64,000 bases of DNA from Paraspadella gotoi (Eukaryota; Animalia; Chaetognatha). Shown piece by piece: positions 53,900 to 64,000 of the stretch. The notes beneath the pieces were generated by a model. The model was not told the origin of the DNA and did not search any database. It saw only the letters and a list, made by a program, of their open reading frames with translations. How positions within the stretch are numbered: position 1 is the stretch's first letter; the number at the start of each line of letters is the position of its first letter. The position numbers and the translations under genes were made by a program. Location: contig CM119263.1 of assembly GCA_051294375.1 (NCBI GenBank), forward strand, positions 6,611,645 through 6,675,644. Direction: 5' to 3'.

Positions 53900-56800
53900 A
53901 TGTCTGCTCAAGGTAATTATGGAACTTTTTATCATGTCATTTATGTTATTTTTGTATTTTAATTAAAGTTCCTTAATAAAAATATTATTTTCATATATAT
54001 AAGTTAGGAGATTTTGTAAAATCGGTTCTCCCATTTAAATATTGATTTTTTACAATTTCCCATGATAGTAAAACAAATAAAAAAATTTAAAATTTACATA
54101 GCTCAAATCTGATTATTACAGTTCTTATACATTGTTCATTTGTTTCTCAGGATACAATCAGAGTATGATGCCTCCGCCTCCTACGGGAAACATGTTTTCT
54201 GGAGGAACAAACAGTAACGTTCCATCCTCATCGGGTGCTCCTCCAACTTCCACCTCTAAAGTACCATCTTCCATGCCCCAAGGTGGGGTTCCCCCTCCGG
54301 GCAATCCGCCTATGCATTCTCCTTACTCTCAACACTATCCTCATAATCAAGGTGAATAGCGATGTTTTTTCATTAGCCCTTAGCTTAAGTAAATTGACAA
54401 AAACTTATATTTCTAGGAAATTACGGTCGTCCTGGAATGACCCCAGGAACATATGGGCAATATGGAGGTCCAAGTCCTTATGGAGCTATTAATAGAAACA
54501 GTTATAATCCCAGCTTTCCTTCCAATGGTCCATCTACATCGCAGCATCCTTCTGGCAGTTTCGGATCTTATGGTGGTCCTCAAAGTGCTCCTCATGGTCC
54601 CCCCCATGGTGCCCCAATCGGTCTACCCTCTCATGGTGGACATACTCCACCATATCCAATGATGAACAGTTCTGCTCCTCCTACTAGTGGAGCAACTAGT
54701 CCGGGCGTTCACCCACCAACGGGCGCTCAAAAAGCTGCCGAGGCTGCCATGCTAGCAGCTGCTGCCTCCAGAGCCCCTGGACCCCCTACGTCTACTGGGC
54801 CGACTGGCTACAGCTCACCACCCAATCCTCGGAGTGGTCCGGGCTCTTCACAGTTTGGATCAATGAGTCCTGTGGCTTCAGGTTCAAGTAAATCCGTTGC
54901 CCATGCACCTTGGAAAGATGTTCAGCCGCATACTGGCGGTCAATATCCGGCTCATCACCGACCTTATCCAGGAATGGCTCCTTCACCTCAAGGTTATCCT
55001 GACCAGAAAGGTCCAATTGGAGCTTTCGGACCACACGGTGGTCCAGTTACTCCGCACCACATGGACAGTTCCGGCCATACAGTTGGCCCTCACCATGGGA
55101 TGCCTCCCCACCACAGCGGTCCGCAATGGGGACCTCATTCTTCCAGTGGACATGCATCTCACGGCGTGGGCTATCCCGGATACCCGCATGGAATGGGACC
55201 TCATGGAATGGCCAGTCCACCAAACGCGCCGCATGCAGCAAATACTTATCCAGAGAGTCCAGCAGCTGGGCACGGATGGCCTCCACAACAGCCACCAACA
55301 ACTATGGGGTCCCCGCCACATTCTTCAATGGGACCACCGAGACCGTCCGCCTCACCTTCACCTGTGACCCAGTCTGTAGCCCCGAGCTCTTCCGGATCGA
55401 CCACTGTTACAAGTGAGATTCCTATTGAATTGATTTTATTTATTTTGTTCTACTCATATTCTCTACAAGAAAAATGATAGAAAAAGATTTGATTTTTAGT
55501 GAAGAAAGTTTATGAATTGCGTTTTATTTAATTTTCTTTTACCGATTTCAAATGGGAGTGAAATGAAAAAAATCTTTGTAACTCTTAACTGCTGATTATG
55601 ATTGAAATTTGACCATTTCATTGGTTGAAAAACTCCTTGACTTTTATTACTTTTATATTGGTTGTACCAATTTCATAATAAATTTACTACTTTACATTAT
55701 ATAATAATAATATATATAATAACTTGTGCGCTTGTCTTGCAGGAGCTTTTTTCTGCCCTTTTTTTTCCTTCCTATACCTTTGAAACTTATTGTGAAAAAA
55801 TCTAAGCTGAATATTTTATTCTCATTAGTTAGCCTAATTATCATTGATATATTTCAAAGTTGAGTAAGGATACAAGCTCATGCCAATTCATTGCATTTAA
55901 ATTTTTTTTGTTTTCAATATCAGAAAGATGTCATTGTGGCTGTGAAAGTTTTTCTTAAATTCTGATTGCTCTGACATTTAATGAACCAAATATGTTAAGA
56001 TATAATTTTTTTATAGAAATATATCTTTTAACAGTTACCCTCAAATGCAAGAATTTTCTTTTTACGAAATTGAACAATAACATCGTAAAAATTTAATAAA
56101 GAAAGTAAGCAAGCTAGTCTATTGGGAGTTTAACCAAAAAAAAAAAACGTAATTAATAATATGCCACAGTATTTAATCTTTTCATTTCGAAATTTGTTAA
56201 TTGTTTTTTCTGAATTTTTTTTTTTTTTGCCTTTGGCTTATACGTACTCTTCCTACTAACGGTTTTAGCAGCTATGCTATATCGTCACTTAAAAAAAAAA
56301 ATTATATTTAAAATCTTAACCGATGTTTTTAATTACAATTCAGGTTCAAGCGGAAGACCGCCGCACGTGTCCTCTCCTTTAACTACGTCCGCGGATCGTC
56401 CACCCTCCTCAAACATGCCACCTCCGCCCCCTTCCATTCACAGCGAGGATTCGCAAGGATCTACAGATAGCGGTGGAACAGTCTCGAAACCAAAGCAAAA
56501 ACCAGATCCAAAGGTAAATAAACTCGCCCTCTCGCTATATTTTAATAGGAATGCTCCATATAATTGCTGTTTATTTTGGTATGTACTTTATATTCTTCTT
56601 TCGTGCACTCTTTATTTTCACGCATTCTACTTTATGATCTTTTGGGGAATCTTAAAACGTCAGTTCGGACCGGCGGTTGGCGAAACGACCGACGTTTCCG
56701 CTCCCTCCGCGCCAAGCGGTTCTCCCTCCACGCCTACCACTTGCTCCAAATCACAGGCAAACACCGTAAATAACACTTCCACTACCACATCATCCCATTC

Positions 56801-59800
56801 CATGGCCACCGTCTCCTCTCTCGCTTGCGATAATGCGGATCCAGGGGACGCCGGAAGCACATCCTCGCCCTCTCTTCCTCGAACGCCTTCTTCTCCATGC
56901 ACTTCCCCCCCTTCCTCGAACGCCACTTCCTCTTTGCACCTTTCACAAAGTAGTAGCATGCTTTCATCACATACTAGCGCTCTCGGACATGGCATGCAAC
57001 AAGGATTTGGTTTGGGTTATAGGGTAGGTCTTTTGTCATCGGAAAAATATCGTTTCGTCGGACAATGATGTTAAAATGATATGCAATCTAGTGATATACT
57101 ATTCTGGTATAATCTTTGTAGTAATCATAAGTAATGTAAGAAAGTAATAGTTTTGTAAATAATTTTATACTTTTGGTCATTTTACATTTTGATTCTATAT
57201 TTTAATTTTCTTTAGGGACAATCTAGTATTGATTAAAAACGAGCGAAATGTTATTATGATGGTTTTCAATTTTTTACAGCATCCCGGCCACGGTGGTCTG
57301 CCTCCACCTGTTCCTTTCGACGTTGTGCCGCCGTACGGGCCAGGTCCACACGGGATGCCCGGAAGTCAGCACCATCAGGGAGGAGGTATCTCACACATGC
57401 GTCACATGACTCATCCAATGAGCGGCGGGCCGGCGGGACCAATGGCTTCAGGTCCTCATACGGGTGTAACTCATGGTCCAGGCGCTCATGGTCCGGGGGG
57501 CCCTAGTCCCCATGGATCTTCTTCCACGGGGCCGCTTGGCAGTCATCCCCCAGGCCCACATGGCCCTCACGGTCCAATGGCACACGGCCCTGGAGGGCCC
57601 GGTTCGCATGGAACAGCAGGTCCTATTCCCCATAGCTCGGCGGGACATGGCCCGCATACCCTTTCCGCACCGGGTCCTCATGGTCCTGGTGGGCCCAGTC
57701 CCCACGGCACCGGAGGGCCTCCCGGCTTTCAACCTTCTTCCACTCATCTTCCTCAACATCTTCCTCGGCCGAGCTCCGGCCCGTCTCCGGGTGCAGGCTC
57801 CGACTCTTCCCCGGTGCCCCTAGGTCACCCCCATCATCCTCCGACGCCCAATTCCGGTGGGATGATGTCACCACCGCCCCCTCCCGGCCCTTTGAGCGAT
57901 GGACCGCCGTCGCAGTATAGCGCTAGCCCTAAACCGCAAATTCCGCCCCCAATTCGGGTAAGAATAAAATCTGCTATGTTAGTCGATCTACAATTTTCAA
58001 ATTTAAGACTTTTTACGATTTGTTACTGTCGCTATCATTTCCTCTTTATTTATTTATTTTTTTATCTTTTTCATAAAAGGTCAATTTTATTTAATTTTAC
58101 TTATTCTTAAACGACATGTTATTTACTATATATTATTATACTATATTATTGAATGAATGGATAATTTCATAAATAGTTATATGAATTTATTTTATTTTTA
58201 TATGGTTATATTTATATATTCTCTTTATATTATTTGAATTATAAATTTCAGAAACCCTCTGCGCAGGACAAACTTATGCAACTTTACACAATGGGACCGG
58301 AACCTGATCGTCGCTCCTTCCTGGATGCTCTCTTCTCTTTCAACGAGGAAAAAGGCAGTCCTATCACGGCCATGCCCCAAGTATCGAAGCAACCTCTGGA
58401 TCTTTACAAACTCTACATGCAAGTTCGCGAGAAGGGAGGCATGGTCGAGGTTAGTACTCAATCTCAATGTCATAGTGATGGTAGCAAAGGGTAGTGTTTG
58501 TAAGTATTAATTAAAATTAACTCCTCTTACCATCTCCATAGGTCACCAAAAACAAAACGTGGAAAGACGTTGCGCAAGTGTTGAATATAGGTTGCTCGGC
58601 CAGCGCTGCGTTTACCGTACGCAAAAACTATATCAAGTACCTCTTTGGCTACGAGTGCAAGTTTGACCGCGGGGACGTCGACCCGGGACCTATCGTCGCC
58701 GACCTCGAGGCTCAAACGAACAAAAAGGGAAAGAAAAAGACTGCGGCAGAGCAGCAGCTGGCCACCTCACAGCAACCGCCTAACATTCCTTCGCCTGGTA
58801 AATTATTTGATTGCTGGGTCGTTAGTTTTATTGACAAATCGATTTCGTGAAAAGAATGGGAACGCGTAAGGTTTAATTCGAGTATCGCTACATAAAAAAA
58901 GAACAAAACAATGGGTTAATAAATTAATAATCGTGGCGAATCGTTACTAGGTTTATGGGATTTTCGATTTTGACCTACTCTTTTCAGAAATTTAGTTCGT
59001 ACTATTTTAATTGTTCCCTTATTTAAAATATTTGTAAAAAAGAAAGCGATCGAATTAATGTTTTTCCCGTTAAATTTATTGTACTTATACTACACCAGGC
59101 TCTGGAAATTCTCAAGACGGATTCACGCGTCCTCCCTCTCATGGAATGATGGACGGCGGGTACGGAAGCCCCATTGGGGGAGCGGGCGGCGCTGGTGCAC
59201 CACCGTCTGGAGGGATAGCGCCTTCGGCTTCGGCCCCAGGATTTCCCGGGCCTCAAGGAATCGTCATGGGGGTCCCGAATCAAAGCCACGCGGGACCCAA
59301 CAATCCCGCCATGATGCCGGGGCCTCCTATATCTGCAGGCGATTCCATCAACGTGCGCGACCCTTTTTCGGACGATCCCAGCGGCGCCCACTCCCCCTAC
59401 GGCCCCCGTCCGGGAATGCCGCCCTTTTCGGGCCCACCCGCGGGTCCAAATCAAGGTACTAATTTGAGTTGGCGCAGGTTCTCTGATTCCATGGTTAATA
59501 TTAATTAACGTATTAAACGTTTGGATGTCAGGACCGAACGCGTATTTCGGGCGTCCCGGCCAAGGGCCCAATTATGGACCCGCTCCCTTCGGTCCAAATG
59601 CAGTGGGAACTCAGCGCCCCGAAGCTTACACTCCGGGAGGAAGTGGTCCCAACTGGAGCGGACCTCCGCGTGAGGGAGGATTCCCTAATCGTGATAGTTA
59701 TCCGGGAGGTGGAGCCGGTTTTCGCGGGGCGGTGCCCGGACAAGGGTACCCGCCATTTTCCCAATCAAGGTGAGGATGTTTATTGTCTTCGCGAGTATTC

Positions 59801-62800
59801 GCGGTGGAACTCATAAGTCTGAGTTTCGATTTTGTTTTTTTATTAATGTTCGTTTAAGTTCCATAACTCACGAAATTGATACAATTTTAGTCTCTTTAGT
59901 TATCCTGTGCACGTTTTGTATTTCATCACGTGGTATTGCTGTCGTTGGAAAAGTATTTTCATGCTACTCAATTATTTGATGTCAATCTACACATTTTCTT
60001 AACTTATAATTTCGTAACTTTCAGCAGATTCGATTCTGGAATAACATCTCCCCCCAGTTCGATGGGACCGCCTTCAGGACCGCCTGTTTCTTCGACTGTA
60101 CAAGCGTCCAGCGCTTCGGCCCCCTCTTCAACCACCACCGTTGCTGCCAGTTCTTCCGCTGTTTTAGAATCATCGATGTAAGTTGACACTGAAAATATTT
60201 CTTTTTCTCTCTTTGATTTAAAGTATCGTTTATCATTTCATCTTTCAAGATTGGGACCACTTAAATCGAATTTTACTTTAAAAACAAGATTTTGATTTCT
60301 GGTCGCGTTTTCAGTGGTGGGAGCACCATCATGACAACTTCGACGACGACGCCGGCATCAAGCGGCTCGTCGGTTTCTATCGTGGCCAGCGACTCCGGGG
60401 GTCCATTGCCCCGCCCACCCCCTCCTCCATCAACTCCCTCGTCTACCGCACCGTCTTCCATCGGAAACTCTTTGATTCGTCCCGGGGCGCCCGGCGTGTC
60501 CAGTCCGCGTCCACCGACTCCAGGGCAGGTTCCCCAGCACTCGGAACGAGCGCCGCATCCTTACGGATTTCCGCACGGACCTCCGTACAGTCAGGCCGGA
60601 CACTACGGAGGACCACAACGTCCATTCGTAAGTTTGCTTTTAGTCTGTTTACCTCAAGCTTAACTCCGTTATTAGGGTGTTTCACCAAAATTTGAAAAGT
60701 GTTCGGATCTTTATTTACATTTAGGAGAATATGTTAGGAGGTAAAAAAATAGGATTATATTATTTTTTATTATACAATACCCTTGGGCGTATTTTCGTCA
60801 ATTTACTGAATCCTAGTGAGCCAAACCACGTCCAAATCTATATCTAAAAAAAAATTATTATATTTTGAGATTAAATATTTGAAGCCTGTTGGTTTCCATA
60901 CTCCATCATACAGTAATTACTGTAGTGTGAGGCTTCATCATGATAGAGAGCTAAAATTTTTACTGCATCATGCTTAGAAAGTGAAGCAATTAATAAGATC
61001 TTTTGGACGTGGGTTGGCTCATTAGGAATGTGTGCTTTTTTATTCTTTAGGCGAGGGTAGCATTAAGGGTGTTGCATTTTGACAAAAGCAGTATAATCCT
61101 ATTTGTTTACTTCCTAACATATTTTCTTAGATATAAATAAAGATCTGAACACTTTTCAAATTTTGGTGAAACACCCTACTCCGTTATACACTACTTTTTT
61201 AGTAAAAAATAAATACACTTTGTACTTATACCTATACTTTGTACCTATGAAGTTTAATAATTTTAAATACAAATACAAATTTTAATTGAAATCTTTTTTC
61301 TAGGACCCGTTTTATGCCCAACGTTTTGGGGTGCCTCAAGTTCGTGGTCAAACAGAACCAATGTTCCACCCCAAAAGGCATCCTGACTTTCAACCACGAC
61401 CCGATAGCGGCTTCGGTAAGATCTGAAATGAAAAGATATTGACGTTCAGTTTAATAACTTGAAAAAATCAAATTAATTTTAAGGATACCCTGGATACTCA
61501 TCGTCTCACGGTCCTCGCCCGCAATCCGATTCGGGGATGATGTCCCCGCCTCACATGCCACCGCCCACTTCTCGCCCCGGTCCCGACCATCACTGGGGCC
61601 CCAGTCAACGGTTCCCGCCTCCGTCAACTTCCGGGAGTTTCCAACCACGACCTTTTCATCCCACATCTTCGCCACATCGTCCAGGGTTTCCTGGCTCTGA
61701 CCACCCAACAGCCATGCGCCCTCCCCACCCTGTCCAACCTTCAACAGGACCGATAGGTTATCCCCGGAAAGAGATTCCGTTCCCCGCGGATTCCGTAGAG
61801 GCTGTCACGCCCGTGCTTGCCAAAAGAAAAAGACTTTGCTCAAAGGATCTTGGTGAGGGTTATCGAATTGAAATTTTCTTAAGTATCTTTTAATTTAGTA
61901 CTTGTATATCTCAGCTCAATACGTAATATTTTTATCTTGTTTTACACAAACTTTTTAATGAATGTCAAATGCTGATGAAGGCTTGAAGCCAAAAAGCCGA
62001 AACATATCCGTCTCTCAATAAAAATCATTGTAATATTATCATTATTAATAATTTTAAAAATACTTTGCTTTCTCTAAAATAAAAAAAACGAAAAGAAAGG
62101 ATTATCGCATCATATTAAAAAATAAAAATTACGAACAATGCAAATACTTTACCCTAGACTCCGATCATTTATTTACTTCAGGTCAAGTGGATCCCTGGCG
62201 GCTTCTCATGTCCCTTCGATCCGGATTGCTCGCTGAAGCAACGTGGGCCATCGATGTTCTCAACATCATGCTCTACGACGATCAGACGATTGTTTACTTT
62301 GGCCTCGCCCATTTGCCCGGCCTCATTGATGTTCTTCTTGATCATTTTCGCAGGTAAGTTGTTTCTTTTGTTAAGCACTTTTAAATCGCACTGAAATCCC
62401 AAGGATATTTACATTATACTTATTTTTGTTTTCCCTAGATATTTGAAAGAAATCTTTAACATCGTCGGCGACATGGAGGCGGATTTACCGGAAGACGACG
62501 ATGCTGAGCGTGAATCTCGAGAGGGAGATCGTGGGTCGTTGGAGAAGTCGGCAGAGGCCGATGAAGGCTATGTATTTAAAGTGATGGACTCCGAGGAGGA
62601 AAACTTTACTTACCGTACGCGGGAGGGGAAGGATGTGAAGGTTGTGAACCGCAAGGAACCCCCCGGCCTCGTCGGTTCTCCCAACGACGACCCGGATTAC
62701 TTATGCGAACCAGAACAAGACGTACTCGGCACCACAAACACCGTCGATTCCGACGTAAGCTACATATACACGAGATTCCACTCCGTCACCGACATGAGCT

Positions 62801-64000
62801 CTTGTCGCCGACAGTTCTTGGGACTGGAAAAAAGCCGGCGCTACACTGCGCAGGTGCCGCCTCAGAAAAAATCGCATGACGCTTCCGCGGTTTCTAAGAA
62901 TACAAAGGCAGTAGTGGACTTAAAACCTAAGATCGCTGCAGAATCGGATTCTCCTCCCAACGTTAAACTGGAATCACCGTCGCTGGTCGACGAAAAAACA
63001 ATGCCAACGACGACCTTGATCGATCCGGACAAAGACGACATCGCCGCCGTGTCGGCGATCGTCGATAAAAAAGAAGTGATCGAAACGGAGGATGCGAACA
63101 AGGAAAACCGACGCAGGGAGCCACAAACTCTTAAAAAATCTGGCATCAAAACCACCAACGCCAACGGTGCCGTTTCCAAGTACGCTCCTTGTGCCAACGA
63201 GAGCGACCGAGACATTTTGGAGACGGCAGCTTCGGGCCGCAAGCGCAAAGCCTCTGAATCGGCTAACGCAAAGTCCGAGGGATTAGAGAGTGAGAGCTAC
63301 GTCCGTGACCCGCCCATCTTCAACTACAACTGCGAGGGTCAGGACGAATTGGTCCGGCGCTGCGTCGCGCTCTCAAACGTCTTCCGATCGCTATCCTTCA
63401 TCCCGGGCAACGATCATGAGCTCGGGAAACATTCCGGATTTTTGGGAACGTTGGGGCGGCTTCTCTTACTGCATCACGACCACGCACCAAAGACTGCCAA
63501 TCAGTCGTCTAAGCAGGTACTATAAGTCTAAAATATAACGATATTATAATTTTTAGACTTTATTACGCAGTCACAAGGATTTAATATTTAATTTTGACTT
63601 TGCATTATTCAATGATCTCAAGTTCCCCGCAAGATGACGCCTCCTGAGCCCTTTCCCCTTTTATTTCTACTTTCCATCAGCGCTACGAAAACCTTGCCAT
63701 GGCGGAAGAAGATCTCGCGGTGATCGAGTCCGAAGATTCTCCAGAAAAAGCGGAGAAGGAATGGTGGTGGAGCTGTTTGGACCAACTTCGCGAAAACTTT
63801 TTGGTCATACTGGCTAATATCGCCGGTGCGTTTCAGCTGAACAATCACCCGGAGGAACTTATCATGCCACTTCTCGACGGGATGCTGCACTGGAGCGTCT
63901 GCCCGTCTTCGTACGCCCGCGATCCTCTTCCGACGCTTCCCGCCCACTCGGTTCTTAGCCCCCAGCGCCTCGTCCTCGAGGCTCTGTGCAAGATGTCTAT
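53900..64000 (+). CDS. osa: AT-rich interactive domain protein 1 / trithorax group protein Osa (BAF250, SWI/SNF subunit); 3' truncated by window
   Basis: ARID domain (exons 58252-58449, 58542-58797: [25 protein letters not shown]|[20 protein letters not shown]); KRHPDF; [42 protein letters not shown]; [20 protein letters not shown]; [31 protein letters not shown] (BAF250_C). Exons: 53900-53912, 54151-54351, 54417-55412, 56344-56513, 56664-57023, 57280-57957, 58252-58449, 58542-58797, 59099-59455, 59532-59769, 60025/60028-60177, 60315-60627, 61304-61415, 61484-61852, 62182-62353, 62439-63516, 63681->64000. Confidence 0.97.
60673..61178. mobile_element. 506-bp MITE/foldback element in an ARID1 intron
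   Basis: Ends TAGGGTGTTTCACCAAAATTTGAAAAGTGTTC / its reverse complement; imperfect inverted repeat extends ~165 nt; 9-bp direct repeat CTCCGTTAT on both sides (60664-60672, 61179-61187). Confidence 0.92.

Overview
Eukaryotic draft-assembly window, most likely a protostome invertebrate: AT-rich GT-AG introns, GC/CpG-rich exons, many GA/AAAG microsatellites and two N gaps. The right end (53.9-64 kb, + strand) is a clear multi-exon ARID1/Osa (BAF250, SWI/SNF) gene, truncated by the window edge. The centre and left (- strand) carry two adjacent multi-exon genes I cannot assign to any known family. Gene A spans 36629-29558 (7 exons, ~1498 aa: Q-rich region, long E/K/R helical tract, beta-rich C-terminus). 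Gene B spans ~28387/25834-15422 (>=18 exons). Manual splicing shows that A and B share a motif block (Y[KR]NFE|xxMxE[KR][FY]xRL...YSSGYxY[KR]TR[KR]APxH) with a conserved phase-0 intron, so they look like diverged tandem paralogs. Gene B also has four symmetric ~250-nt exons, each encoding one copy of an unrecognised beta-rich repeat. Bases 1-11560 are an indel-riddled second copy of 15745-26653, probably a noisy haplotype or gap-fill copy. Small elements include a 506-bp MITE with a 9-bp TSD, a ~90-bp TA-flanked MITE present in only one duplicate copy, a tRNA-Gly-like SINE head and a 31-bp hairpin minisatellite. All gene models were built by eye and have no transcript or database support.
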